The notes under the pieces were generated by a model. That model saw nothing but the letters and a program-made list of their open reading frames with translations. It did no database searches and had not been told where the DNA came from. The translations under genes and the position numbers were made by a program. DNA of 64,000 bases from contig OZ024749.1 of NCBI GenBank assembly GCA_964016885.1, positions 25,606,001-25,670,000 of the forward strand, read 5' to 3'. The stretch is from Eledone cirrhosa (lineage: Eukaryota). Of this stretch, positions 43,791 to 58,015 are shown in pieces; position 1 is the first letter of the stretch; each line of letters begins with the position of its first letter.

Positions 43791-44049
43791 TGGGTATGAA
43801 AAAAATGTGGTTATACTGAAAAATTCGTGATAATAATATTCGTTATAACGGAATTTTGCCTATATATGTTTTAGTCAATCACGTTTTTGTAAATGTCTAC
43901 GTAAGATATTGCCATCATTCCATTAAGAAACAATTATTTATTTAATTCTCGTTTAAAAAAAGAGAAAGCATATAATCCCACCTCAGACAAATAAGCTTAT
44001 AGCCATTATATCCATTATAACCATTATAACCATTATATCTATCACCTTC

Positions 44050-44249
44050 TCTCTTATACGCACTCTCTCACTTTCATTGACGTTCATCCCCCGTTATCAC
44101 CCCCTTTCTCTATCTCTCTGACTTGCTCTCACTATATCTGTCTCTGTCTCTCTCTCTCTGAAATCCACTGCCTTTCAAACACACTATTTCACTTTCATTT
44201 ACGTTCATCCCCCGTTCTCACTCCCTATATCTCTCTCTCTGACTTTCTC

Positions 44250-44345
<96 letters not shown>

Positions 44346-44461
44346 ATCCACTGCCTTTCAAACACACTATTTCACTTTCATTTACGTTCATCCCCCGTTC
44401 TCACTCCCTATATCTCTCTCTCTGACTTTCTCTCACTATATCTATCTCTGTCTCTCCCTCT

Positions 44462-44500
<39 letters not shown>

Positions 44501-45200
44501 ATCCACTGCCTTTCAAACACACTCCCACTTTAATTGACGTTCATCCCCCGTTCTCACTCCCTATATCTGTCTCTCTGACTTTCACTCTATCTCTCTCTTT
44601 CTCTTTCTCTTTCTCTTTCTCTTTCTCTTTCTCTTTCTCTCTCTCTATATGTTTCCCTCTCTCACTCTCTCTCTCTCTCACTCTCTTTCATTCCATCCCT
44701 CACCCCTCATTCTCAAAATGAATCACCCTCTCAAATTTTGTCTCACATCATTTTTCTCTGTCTCTCTCCGTCTCTAGATACCCCTCTCTCTCTCTCGCTC
44801 AGTCTCTCTCTCACTCACTCACTCACCCACTCGCTCTCTCTCTCACTCACTCATTCTCTCTCTCCCTCTTACTATTTAAATATCTCTCAGTCTTTCCCCC
44901 CTCTCGCTCTCCTCCCTCCCGCTCTCTTTATGTCTGTGTACTCTTCTCTCTATATATCTCTTATACCCTAAATATGTCTCAGTCACTCTCCTCTCTCTTT
45001 CTCTCTCTCTCTCTCACTCTTAATACCTGAATATCTCTCTCTCTCTCCCACTCACTCTTACTACCTAGATATGTCTCAGTCACTCCCATCTCTCTATCTC
45101 TCTCTCTCTCTCTCACTCTTAATACCTAAGTATCTATCCCTCTCTCCCACTCTCTCTTACTCCCTAAATATGTCTCAGTCACTCTCCTCTCTCTCTCTCT
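44050..45200. repeat. CT-rich minisatellites (GAAATCCACTGCCTTTCAAACACAC x3; AATATGTCTCAGTCACTC repeats)
   Basis: Units at 44160, 44343 and 44498; a second family lies at 44870-45190. Confidence 0.85.
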
Positions 45201-46079
45201 CTCTCCCTCTTAGAACCAAAGCTCTCTCACTCTTCATCCCCTCCTCTCTCCCTCCCACTTAGTCACATTATCACACTAGAGACTGGAAGGAAGATTTATG
45301 TATATTATAAGATTGTTTTCCATATGAAAAAAATACAATGTGTAAATTCTGTGAACAATGAGAAAAAACAATACTATTCATAAATATGATTTTTTTTCAT
45401 ATTTGTTATTATTATAGAATAAAGTACCAGTAATGTACTGGTTATTTGCTGGCCTTGTGCCAAAAGTAGAAACAATTATTATTATTATCATTATCAAATC
45501 CCGCCGAGGTTGACTTTGCCTTTCATCCTTACGGGGTCAATAAAATAAAGTACCAGTAATGCACTGAGTAAATGCTGGCCTTGTGCCTAAAGTAGAAACA
45601 ATTATTATTATCAATACTAATTTTTTATGTGTGTAGTGTTGACGATAGGAACAATAATGTAGTTGATGATGGTGGTGGTGATGATGATGATGAGGAGGAG
45701 GAGGAGGAGGAGGAGCGACGACGACCACGACGGCGATGATGATAATGGTGACATCATTAATATGATCATGTTGATGATTCTCATGATGATGACGATGATG
45801 ATGATAATGATGACGATGATAATGAAGATGTAATGATGATCATGATGATCATGATGATGGTGGTGACGGCGACGATGATGATGATGATGATGATGATATC
45901 GTAGGACAAACAACAAGATAAATACAAATAAAATTTTCCAAACGCAATTAAAATATTTAACAAACCTTATAATTATATATAACAATAACAGAAAAACACA
46001 AACGATATCAACAACAACAACAAGAATAGCATCAACAAAAATATTGACGATGATGATAACGATAAGTGAAACAAAACTA

Positions 46080-46710
46080 GAATCAACAACAACGGCAATA
46101 CGGCACAACAACACGACAACAACAACAACAGCAACAACAACGGTAATAAAGCACAACAAGAACAACAACGGCAATGGCAATGAGGACAAAAAACAACAGC
46201 AACAACATAACAGCAACAACAGCAGCAATAAGGCACAACAACACCAACAAAAACAACAGCTACAACAACGGCAATGAGGACAAACAATAACAACAAAAAC
46301 AACAACTACAACAACGGCAATGAGGACAAACAACAACAGCTACAACAACGGCAATGAGGACAAACAATAACAACAAAAACAACAGCTACAACAACGGCAA
46401 TGAGGGCAAACAACAACAGCAACAACAACGGCAATGAGGGCAAACAACAACAGCAACGACAACGTCAATGAGGACAAACAACAACAGCAACAACATAACA
46501 GCAACAACAGCAGCAATAAGGCACAGCAACACCAACAAAAACAACAGCTACAACAACGGCAATGAGGGCAAACAACAACAGCAACAACAACGGCAATGAG
46601 GGCAAATAACAACAGCAACGACAACGGCAATGAGGACAAACAACAACAGCAACAACAACAGCTACAACAACGGCAATGAGGGCAAACAACAACAGCAACA
46701 ACAGAAATAG
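46080..46710. repeat. (CAA)n-based minisatellite with CGGCAATGAGG(A/G)CAAA
   Basis: The motif recurs about 11 times. Confidence 0.9.
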
Positions 46711-47169
46711 TAACAGTTACAATGTTAATATGGTAACTACAATGAAAATTAAAACAAAACAAAACAAAACAAAACATCAACAACAACAATAATAACAACA
46801 ACAACAACAATAGAAATGAAAACAGTTATAGTGTAAATGATGGTAACTATAATAAAAAAAAAGTAGAGCGAAATAAAACAAAACATCAACAACAGCCATG
46901 ACAACAACAACAACCACATCAACAACAGAAACGTAAATGCTGTTAACGACAACGAAAAGTAAAAAATTATATAACATGAACGACAATGACGTCATACAAG
47001 AATAACAATGATAGGAGCATCGAGAACTTCAGCAACCAGGATAACAACCAAAACAACCATTCATAAAGTCTCAGTTAAAAACAACCAGCGGCGCTAAAGG
47101 CGAAAACGTTAAAAACACCACACAAACATAAGAACAACAACAGCAATGACGGCGGTGGCGGCGGAGGCG

Positions 47170-47980
47170 GCGGTGGCACAAGACCACCAATTTCAGGGGG
47201 AGGTGATAATCGATAAAATCGTCCTCAGTGTCTTACTGGTACATTTGGTATTATCGGTAGAGAGTCGGACGCCATGCTTTGCAGCATAGAGTTACGGCCC
47301 TTTAGGATCTGAGTCCATATCCTGCCGAGCCTAACTTTACCTTTCATTCTTACGGGGTCGATAAAATAATGTACCAGTAATGCACTGGGGTAGGTTTAAT
47401 CGATTTTATCCACCCCACAAAAGTATTGCCGGCCTTGTGCCTATATAAAAAACTCCTATTTATTCGACCTCGTAGGAATGATTGGTAAAGCTAACCTAGG
47501 GGAGATTTGAACTCAGAACGTAAAGGGCCGTAACTATGTGCTACACAACATGTCCGATGATCTACCGGTATTGCTAATCCACCGCTGTTAAATAATTGTT
47601 TCTGTTTTAGGCACAAGGCCAACAATTTTGGGGTTGGGGAAAGTTGATTAAATCGACCCCATTCCTTTATTGGTTACTTTATACATCGACCATGTAAGCA
47701 TGAACGCCAAAGCTAACCTCAGTAGAATTTCAACTCAGAAAGGAGGGCAGTAACTATATGCCGCACAAGTCCGGCGCTCAACCTACACTGCCAATCCACC
47801 TTCCGTTGAATAATTATTTCTGATATAGGCACTTTTTCTTATGCCAAGGTCCAAATCGACCCCATTCCATTGCTGGTACTATATTTTATCGACCCCCGTA
47901 AGTGTGAAAGACACAGGTGACCTCGGCAGGATTTGAACTCAGAATGTTAACAGACGAAGTTCTATGCCGCAAAGCATATT
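47170..47980. mobile_element. Cluster of SINE family 1 copies in both orientations
   Basis: A + copy at ~47247-47450 and - copies at ~47460-47590, 47595-47800 and 47810-47975. Confidence 0.75.
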
Positions 47981-48206
47981 CTCCTTCGCTGTCTCCATAC
48001 TGCCAAACATTATCAACGCAGAGAAAAATCAATGTCGTGTGCAAAGAAGAAGATCCTTCTCACGAGATGTTTCCAAGAACAGGAAAAATAGAATGGAATA
48101 TTTTTTCAATATTTGACGAAACCTAAAAAATCAAGAAAAAAATGTAAAATTTCAATTATATAGATGTACTCTTGTACCTATGTGTCAACATATATTGATA
48201 GAAATC

Positions 48207-48249
<43 letters not shown>

Positions 48250-48383
48250 TATATGTATGTATGGAAATATATATGCAAATATACATATAAAAATATATGT
48301 ATATATATATATATGTATATATATGTATCTATGGGTATATATATATATATATATATAAATATATATGTATATATATATAAACA

Positions 48384-48414
<31 letters not shown>

Positions 48415-48663
48415 GATATATATATATATATATATGTACACACACATATATATATAAATATATATACATATATATAAATATATATACATACATATATATA
48501 GATATAGATATAGATAAAGACATAGATATATATACATATATGCATATATATATGTGTGTGTGTATATGTGTACGTGTATGTGTACAATGTATACATGCAT
48601 ATATGTATATATGCTCTATATTATATATATATATCTTTATATATATTTATATACATTCACGCA

Positions 48664-48701
<38 letters not shown>

Positions 48702-49079
48702 TGTGTGTTTATAGAGAGAGAGAATTAGAAAGAGAGCTGGAGAAAGAGAAAAAGAGAGAGATAGTGAGTGTGTGTATATATGTGTGTATATGGGTGTGTA
48801 GAAATATTGGTTTTCCGTTTTGGAAATCATACACTTCCTTTCAAATACAACAAAATGAATTGCTAAAGAACAGATGAGTGCAAAGTAAAACATTACTCCA
48901 TCTCAACTCTACTTTTGAAAAGCAGAAGAACTGCGAAACCGGTAAAGGAACCAAATAAATATATATATATTTTTTTAAATAATACTTCAGTCGTATTTTC
49001 GATTTCATCTGTTTTTTCTTTATACTTTCACACGTGTAGCACACCTCGGTTATTTTTCATTTTGCAAAAAAAAACTCAC

Positions 49080-49116
<37 letters not shown>

Positions 49117-49118
<2 letters not shown>

Positions 49119-49480
49119 GTAGGAGGTGAGTTTTATTGTAGTACAATAAAGCAATGCAGATATCCTATAAGAAGCACTCTACAGTTTGTCGGACTGGAGT
49201 ATACATAATATATAAGATCAAAAGATGGTTAAATCAGTTCCATGTATTTTATTATGCGCATTTCAAAAACAAATATCATCATGCAATAACATTTGTGTTT
49301 TCATCAGATTAAATAGGAGGACATGATTTGAAGGTTAAAAATACTTGTGGATAGTGCAGTTTTAAATGAATTTTATCTGATGAAAACACAAATGTTATTG
49401 CATGATGACATTTGTTTTTGAAATGCGCATAATAAAATACATGGAACTCATTTAACCATCTTTTGATATTATATATTATA
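49117..49480. mobile_element. Inverted-repeat HHR element, family H2; + HHR at 49370-49438
   Basis: ATTTTAT-CTGATGA-AAACACAAATG..CATTTGTTTTT-GAAA-TGCGCA-TA-ATAAAAT; homologous to 36005-36610. Confidence 0.85.
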
Positions 49481-50110
49481 TATATATATATGTAGATAAA
49501 GCTACCAAAATATAGTGTAGTGTCAAAATTCGTATGAAGAACTCAACGTAATCCAAATATCATATTTCTGAAGACAGCATATATATATGTAGGTATGTAT
49601 ATTCCTTCTGATAGTTTGCAAAATGTTTACATAGATCTATATAATATACATACCAACACACACATATATATCCTAGAAACGATCGTAAAATGATGAATTT
49701 TTTAATATAAGGAACTGTATCTTTGTTTTTATTCATTGTTTTTATTAATTTATATATACAGCGGTAAGAAATTGTTTTCTTATATCAATGTTTAACGGGC
49801 TTCCACTGATGATTTATAAGTGCCCACCTAAATATATTCTTACATGAATATATATTAGGCTTCTACATAAACTGGAAACATTCTCCCAACTTGTAGAAAA
49901 CTTATAATGAAACAATTGTTTGGAAAGAGAGATATACTTTAACTTTAATTATATCTCATAAAATAATACAACTGGTTTTTCCACATTATACATATTGTTA
50001 GCACCCCAAACACTTAAATTGGGTTTATATTTTAATATAACCTAATGTTTGTTGAGTAAGATGGTTACCAGTCAGAGTTTAGCTTTAAACTATCTCTGTT
50101 ATTGTATTAA

Positions 50111-50141
<31 letters not shown>

Positions 50142-50374
50142 TATGGCCACGTGTATATATATATATCCCCCCTCTTTTTTCTAAATGTCTCTCCACCCCT
50201 CCCCAACACACCCTCGGAACTCTCTTCCCACCCACTTTTCTCCTGAAGAAGGGCTTATGCCCAACACGTCGTGGTAGCCCCCCCCCCCCCCCCACACACA
50301 CACCCTCAAGAGCGTGAACCTAATACACCTTTGTTGTTTGCACTGCCTCTCTGTTTTTGTTCCCGTCCAATTTT

Positions 50375-50407
<33 letters not shown>

Positions 50408-50415
<8 letters not shown>

Positions 50416-51068
50416 ATACTTGGGGAGGGTCATATTTGTGTAATATTGCCAGAATTAATAACAGAACACACTCACTGTTTGGTTGATTTTCGCTTTTCGC
50501 TTCTGTGTCTTTTATATCGGTAATTTAATTTGTTCAGTCCTCAATGTTGCCATTGACTGACCAACGGTCAAAAATAATACAGATACAATATAGACACAAA
50601 CACATATATATAGTTTATCAAAGTTCTTTCGTTGCACATCTGCAACATCGTCAGTGGTGCTATTGTTTCTTCCCGCTGTATTGTATTTTCTAAATAAATA
50701 TATAAACAGACTAAATAAAGATGTCGTAGAAAATACAATGCAACGGGAGGAAACAATAGCACCACTGACGATGTTGCAGATGTGCAACGAAAGAACTTTG
50801 ATGAACTATATATATGTGTTTGTGTCTATATTGTATCTGTATTATTTTTGACCGTTGGTCAGTCAATGGCAACATTGAGGACCGAATAAATTAGATTACC
50901 GATATAAAAGACACAGAAGCGAAAAGCGAAAACCAACCAAACAGTGAGTGTGTTCTGTTATTAATTCTGGCAATATTACACAAATATGACCCTCCCCAAG
51001 TATAACAATATTTGTTTCGACACACGATTTCATATCAAAAACCTCGCAAAACTAATTCATCGCCGTTA
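50408..51068. mobile_element. Inverted-repeat element with ~280-bp arms and an HHR motif (family H10)
   Basis: Arms ~50408-50692 and 50727-51011. The + motif at 50760-50803 reads CACCA-CTGACGA-T-GTTGCA-GATG-TGCAAC-GAAA-GAAC-TT-TGATG. An arm fragment also lies at 59593-59720. Confidence 0.82.
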
Positions 51069-51113
51069 TATATATATATATATATATAGTAATAATAATA
51101 ATAATAATAATAA

Positions 51114-51217
51114 TTGTTTCTAATATTGGCACAAGGCCAGCAATTACCAGTACATTACTGGTACTTTATTTTATCGACCCCGTAAGGATGAAAGGCAAAG
51201 TTAACCTCGGCGGGATT

Positions 51218-51221
<4 letters not shown>
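51114..51221 (-). mobile_element. SINE family 1, 5'-truncated, inside (AAT)n
   Basis: Reverse complement of the core and tail. Confidence 0.87.
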
Positions 51222-51283
<62 letters not shown>

Positions 51284-51287
<4 letters not shown>

Positions 51288-53680
51288 ACCGCATGTTCGA
51301 CAACAACCAGAAGATGCTGTTTGGACAGCTTGAGGGGAAAGAAAGAGGCAACGACTTGATCCCTGGGGCGGAACAAGCTAAAACATTCTGGAGAGGAATA
51401 TGGGAGCAGGATGTTAGACACAATGCCCAGGCAGGGTGGATTGAGACAGTACAGAGGGAGATCGGTGAGAAGGCACAACAACAGACTGATTTGAGCATCA
51501 CAGTTGAAACTCTTAAGGGGCAAGCCAAAAAGCTAACCAACTGGAAATCACCAGGCCCAGATGGTGTGCAGGGGTATTGGATTAAACATCTAACATCCCT
51601 CCACCCGAAGCTGACGGCCATGTTCAATGACTGCTTGGTGTCGGGTGAGGTGCCAGAGTGGTTGACAAAAGGTACCACAGTTCTGATAATGAAAGACCGA
51701 ATCAAGGGTAATGATGTTACCAACTATAGACCTATCACATGTCTGCCCGTAATGTGGAAACTGTTGACGAGCATTGTGTCTGAGGAAATCTACCATCACC
51801 TCCACACAAACAACTTGTTACCGGACGAACAGAAAGGATGCCGAAAGAAGTCACGTGGTACAAAGGACCAGTTGCTTATTGATAAGATGGTAATGGGGAA
51901 TTGCAGGAGGAGACACACTGATCTTGCCATGGGATGGATAGACTACAGAAAGGCATTTGACATGGTGCCTCATTCCTGGATCACCAAAAGCCTGGAGGTC
52001 TTCAGGGTGGCAGATAACATCAGACAGTTGCTGGGCAGGAGTATGGGGTCCTGGGAGACAGAGTTGACATCAACTGGAGTATCCTTGGGAAGCGTGAAGA
52101 TCAAGAGAGGTATCTTCCAGGGAGATAGCCTGTCCCCTCTGTTGTTTGTCCTTGCCCTGATGCCCTTGACCATTATGCTGCGAAAAGTGAGAGCAGGATA
52201 CAAGTTGGGAAGGGGAGAGCTTACCATCAATCACCTCCTCTTCATGGACGATCTTAAGCTCTTCGGGAAAAGTGAGAAGGAGTTGGATGTGCTTGTTGAC
52301 ACTGTCCGTATTTTCAGCAGTGATATATGTATGCAGTTTGGTATTGGTAAATGTGGAGTCATTGTGATGAAAAGGGGTAGGTTGAGCAGAAGTAACGGGA
52401 TCCAGATACCAACAGGTGAGATGATAAAGGAAATTGACTCTGAGGAAGGATACAAGTATTTGGGCGTTCTGGAGGCTGATGGCATAAAGAACAAAAAAAT
52501 GAAGGAATTGTTAAGAACTGAATACATTCGGAGAGTAAGGAGCGTATTGAAGTCACATCTGAATAGCAGAAATGCCATAAGCGCAGTAAATTCCCGAGCT
52601 GTGTCTATTATTAGGTACAGTGCGGGAATTCTGAGATGGAATGTTGCTGAACAAAAAGAAATGGATAGGAAGACTAGGAAGCTATTGACTATCTACAACA
52701 TGTTCCACAAGAGGAGTGATGTCGATAGACTCTACCTAAGGAGATCTGAGGGTGGAAGAGGTCTTATCAGCATAGAGGACTGTGTTCAGATGGAGAAAAA
52801 CAACCTATACAAATACGTGACCTATAGTAAGGAGCCAATGCTCAGAACTGTACTGAAGGAGGGGACAGTAGGCCAGGGGATGTCCAAGGAGGAAATAACA
52901 TCAAGGAGGAAGAGCAGCCTTAAGGGAAAACCCCTTCATAGTACCTTCTTTGAGAAAACTGAATTTAGAGATCCACAGACATGGAACTGGTTGAGAAGAG
53001 GAGACCTCAAAAAGGCTACAGAAGGAATGCTAATGGCTGCGCAGGAGCAGGCCCTCAAAACGAAGTGGTTGAAGCACCATATCTACAAGGAGGAGGCTAG
53101 CCCACTGTGCAGGATCTGTGGAGAGAGAGAGGAGACTGTGGCTCACATTGTGTCCGAGTGTAAACACCTAGCCCAGACCCACTATAAGGGCTGGAGACAC
53201 GATGTGATGGGCAGGGTGATCCACTGGCACCTGTGCAAAGTAAACAATCTACCACATTCTGAGAAATGGTATGAGCATAGGCCAGAGGCGGTGATGGAGA
53301 ACAGTCAGGTGAAGGTGCTGTGGGATTTTAGGATACAGACGGACAAAAAACTGGAACACAATAGACCTGACATGGTGGTTGTGGACAAAGAAAAAAGATC
53401 GTGCCTGATTGTGGATGTGGCCTGCCCGTTCGACACGAGAGTGCAAGAGAAGGAGAGGGAGAAAATTAACCGATACCAGGACCAAAAGTGGGAGGTGAAA
53501 AGGATTTGGAACTGCCATGAAGTCAAAGTGATCCCGATTGTCATAGGCGCACTGGGGACTATCTCCAAAGGTTTCCAGGGATGGTTAAAGAAAATCGGCC
53601 CCTTCACGCTTTTTGGAACGCTTCAAAAGGCATGCTTGCTTGGAACAGCAAGAACCCTCCGATACGTCCTGAATATCTGA
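51284..53680 (+). CDS. Uninterrupted 798-aa RT-CCHC-RLE reading frame (N-terminally truncated)
   Basis: All RT motifs (FMDD), the CCHC finger, RHD and the PD..D..K endonuclease are in one frame. The start ATG is formed at the junction with the (AAT)n run. Confidence 0.85.
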
Positions 53681-53807
53681 GGCTGCAGGTAGTGGCTTGA
53701 TATTCAATCCAACGGACTTTCCAGTTAACCAACATCAATGACTGAGATTCAAGGAATAACAATAACAATAATAATAATAATAATAATAATAACAATAATA
53801 ATAATAA
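51286..53807 (+). mobile_element. R4/Dong family A, 5'-truncated, with (AAT)n on both sides
   Basis: Near-identical to 4974-7447; begins directly after a pure (AAT)n run. Confidence 0.95.
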
Positions 53808-53809
53808 TA

Positions 53810-54613
53810 TATATCGGCACAAGATCAGTGTCTGCCAACAAAAAATTACCAAGCCAACATAATAAAAAATGGGTGCAGCCCATTATGCCGTGTATGCAAA
53901 AAACAACAAGAGACCATTGACCATATAATTTCAATGTGCAGTCCTATAGCTCCAACCGAATACCTAAACAGGCATGACAGATCTGCACAATACATACATT
54001 GGATAATGTGTAAGCATTTTGACCTGCCCCATCAAAAGAATTGGTGGGAGCATCAACCACCTCCCATACTTGAAAAAGATCACATCTCAATCTTGTGGAA
54101 CTTTAGCATCCAAACAGACCGAAAAATAGATGCAAACAGACCTGATATAATATTGAAAGACTTTCAAAAGAGGGTATGCCTGCTAATTGATATGTCTGTT
54201 CCAATAGACAAGAATGTATGTATAAAAACATTTGAAAAATTGAGCAAGTATAAGGACCTGGAGATAGAAATTGGAAAAATGTGGAAATTGAGAACTAAAA
54301 CAATACCAGTGGTTGTAGGCGCTCTGGGAATGATACCTATCGCAAATCCCAGGAAACCCGCGTATAGGAGAAATACAAAAGATAGTATTAATGGGAACTG
54401 CCCATATACTAAGGAAGATTTTGTCTATATAAGTACATCACAAGTCTAAACACTAAAGATGCATTTGTGAATATGGATGTTATTCTTGAACATGGCGGAC
54501 CTTGTTGTCTCTTGAGGTCACTGGTTGTGACTTGGTGATAACTCGTATGAACATAAAGCAAGATAAATGCAACTGTAATAATAATAATAATAATAATAAT
54601 AGTAATAATAATA
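53810..54613 (+). mobile_element. R4/Dong family B, 5'-truncated
   Basis: Matches 11230-12012 (ZnF, RLE, 3'UTR) with small indels and an (AAT)n tail. Confidence 0.93.
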
Positions 54614-54710
54614 AATTTGAAGACTAAAATCGAAAGAGGGCTCGATAAGGATAAATATATATCAAATATATAAGAACCGTAGAGCAAAAATCTGTTATTT
54701 TAATAAATAA

Positions 54711-54760
<50 letters not shown>

Positions 54761-54951
54761 GTAACATGGAGAGGACTTGAGAGGTTGAGAGGCAGAAAAA
54801 TATGCCACCAGTTCTTTGAGAAAGCAACACCACACGTCGGGTCTGGGCATATCGACGAATTAGCAAGGTAAACTTTGTCTCTCCAGTATGCTTTCCTAAG
54901 TGCTCTAACCTTCATACTGAAGTGTCGCTAGGCAACCAACACATACTCAAA

Positions 54952-55055
<104 letters not shown>

Positions 55056-55083
55056 ATATATATATATATAATATATATATATA

Positions 55084-55233
<150 letters not shown>

Positions 55234-55964
55234 GGGGGGGTATGTATGTATGGTCACGTAACTCATGATAGATTCGTAGATGCGCCGTATTGATATACAA
55301 CGTTTCTTGGGTATTATAAGTCTGGTGGAGCCCATTCCTTCCCAAGCTTGAGTACAGCAAATTCCTTCAAGGGTGAGGAATAATCGACCCCAGTTGTAGA
55401 CTGGTACTTTTTATATCAACCTCGAAAGGATGAAAGGCAAAGTTGACTTCGGCTGGATTTGAACTCACTTGCAGCATGATGCTACTCTGTACTATCTAAC
55501 CCGGTAACTTAAGAATATAGGCTGCGAATTGGCAGAGTCGTTAGAACGTCGGATATAATACTTGTTGGTATTCATTCTGGCTCTCTTCTCCCTGAGTTCA
55601 AATCACACTGCGGTCAACTTTGCCTTTAACCATTTAGAGGTCGATAAAAAAAAATGTACCATTCTATTACTGGGGCGGAATCTTCCTCTATATCTCTTTC
55701 ATATTTCTATTCTCTTACTTTCTGCGTTTCGCTGGAAGAAATGCGCTATACTCAGGTCTGGAGAGGGATGGGCTTCACCAGGGTTAACATGCACTAGAAT
55801 CACCAATTTCAATACTTCGTTCTATGAATCTATCAGTAGTTGCGAGACCACACATAGATATACGTTGGGTTATGGTGTTGTTCTCGCCTTACTAAAGAGA
55901 CTGGCTCCATTCGCAGAAAAGAAAATACTTTGTGTCTCTCGGCAAGTAATATTATCGTAGTGGT

Positions 55965-56143
55965 TTGGCAGTATCGGTAGAGAGTCGGACGCCATGATTT
56001 CCAGCATAGTTACGTCCCTTTACGGTCTGAGTTCAAATCCCGCCGAGGTTTACTTTGCCTTTCATCCTTACGGGGTCGATAAATAAAGTACCAGTAATGC
56101 ACTGGGTAATTGCTGGCCTTGTGCCTAAAGTAGAAACAATTAT
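55965..56143 (+). mobile_element. SINE family 1 (older copies at ~55385-55470 - and ~55520-55670 +)
   Basis: Head, B-box, core and tail. Confidence 0.85.
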
Positions 56144-56362
56144 CGTATGCTACTTCAGTACCTACGGCAATGATAGGTAAAACCTGAATGTTATTTTGGC
56201 ATTTTTATGAATCAGTTACTGTGCTTTTCCTCAGGGTTATACACTGATATTTTCCAAAGACTATTCTGAAGTAGGATCATATAAAAGCAATAATTTGTTT
56301 TATCTAAACCACGTAGATATGGCTTCATACAATCAGACCATATATATCTATCTATCTATCTA

Positions 56363-56435
<73 letters not shown>

Positions 56436-56642
56436 AGTAGTTCCTAAGAAAAAGTAAAGGAAAAAAGAGTGCTGTATGTAGAGAACAGAGTTATTTAATT
56501 AGAAAGTGAACAACACAAAATATAACTACTTTATTACCAAAGGTTTCAGGATGCTAGACAATATTGATATGCCGCTGGTCTAGGAAAGTATGGTAAGGAT
56601 CCAAATGGACCATAGCACACCAGAGTTCTTTTCCTATTACGC

Positions 56643-56794
<152 letters not shown>

Positions 56795-56829
56795 GTGTCT
56801 GTGTGTGTGTGTGTGTATTTTTTTTTATT

Positions 56830-57020
56830 TATTTATTAAAATAACAGATTAAAGTTTCAGCAAAGAATCGCTGATTTCACCCTTAACTGGATCTTCTGAA
56901 ACTAAAAAAATCAATCTGTGAACGCAGAAGTAAATATTTCGAAAAACCTTGCAACCGAAGGAAAACAGGAAGACGATACTTTGGTTCTTGGAAACGTTCA
57001 AATTTATTATTTTTATTACT
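56830..57020. repeat. Dispersed (TA)n-associated repeat; inverted homologue at 61860-62100, related ends at 54612-54705 and 62125-62195
   Basis: Shared TATTAAAATAACAGATTAAAGTTT terminus and internal homology. Confidence 0.75.
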
Positions 57021-57288
57021 ATATATATATATATATATATACACAGAGGTATCCACAGTAAGTTGTGGGGTTTATTCTGCATGAAGAACTCGATGTAGTC
57101 CATATGTTGAAAATGTAGTAAATATGTAGTAAATGCAAGTAAATATTCTCTTTATCTGATATTTTGTAACTAACCTTACATGGATCAATAACTGAGTATA
57201 GGTACAATGTATTATTATCACCTAGAAATGATCGTAAAGCAGTGAAGTATATCTCTAATAACTTGATTTTTTATTTCATTGTTTTAAC

Positions 57289-57385
<97 letters not shown>

Positions 57386-57594
57386 GGAGTTAAGGACCAT
57401 ACACACACTTTAAGAACACTACCTAACCGTTCCAGCACGTTGTGTCTAATATTCCTAATTGGTAAATCTTGGTTATGACCAGAATTTCAATTAATATTCG
57501 AATATAGAATGATAAAATCAATTAATTGTATTGCTGGCTTAAGTAAATTAGCGGTCTGATAGGTTGTTATTTTTGTCTTATTAAGACGCCATAT

Positions 57595-58015
57595 TTGTTG
57601 CTGTTGCTCCTGCTGCTACTGTTTCTGTTACTGCTGCTGCTACTGCTATTGTTGTTGTTGTTGTTGCTGGTGTAGTTGCTGTTGTTGGTGTTGCTGGTGT
57701 CCTTCTTGATGTTGGTGTTGTTGATGTCGCTTCTGCTGCTGTTAGCATTGCCGTGGTTGTTGCTGCTGTTGCTGCTACTGTTGGCGTTTCTGCTGCTGCT
57801 GCTACTGCTGCTGTTGCATCTGCTGCTGTTAGTATTGCCGATGTTGCTGCTGCTGTTGCTGCTACTGTTGGTGTTTCTGCTGCTGCTACTACTGCTGCTT
57901 TTTTAACTGCTGCTTTTGGTGATGTTGATATTGTTGCTGTTGTTGCTGCTACTGTTTGTGTTTCTGCTGCTGCTACTGCTGCTGTTGTTGTTGTTGCTTC
58001 TGCTGCTGTTGCTGG
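57595..58015. repeat. (GCT/GTT) low-complexity tract
   Basis: Direct reading; yields a spurious Ala/Thr-rich ORF. Confidence 0.85.

Noticed and set aside
48000-48140. Possible minus-strand exon after a polypyrimidine-AG acceptor
   Set aside because: No recognisable coding frame or partner exons.
54612-54660. TTGAAGA..GAAA as a hammerhead (also the 56830/61860 family)
   Set aside because: The core deviates and no UH site or stem I could be assigned.
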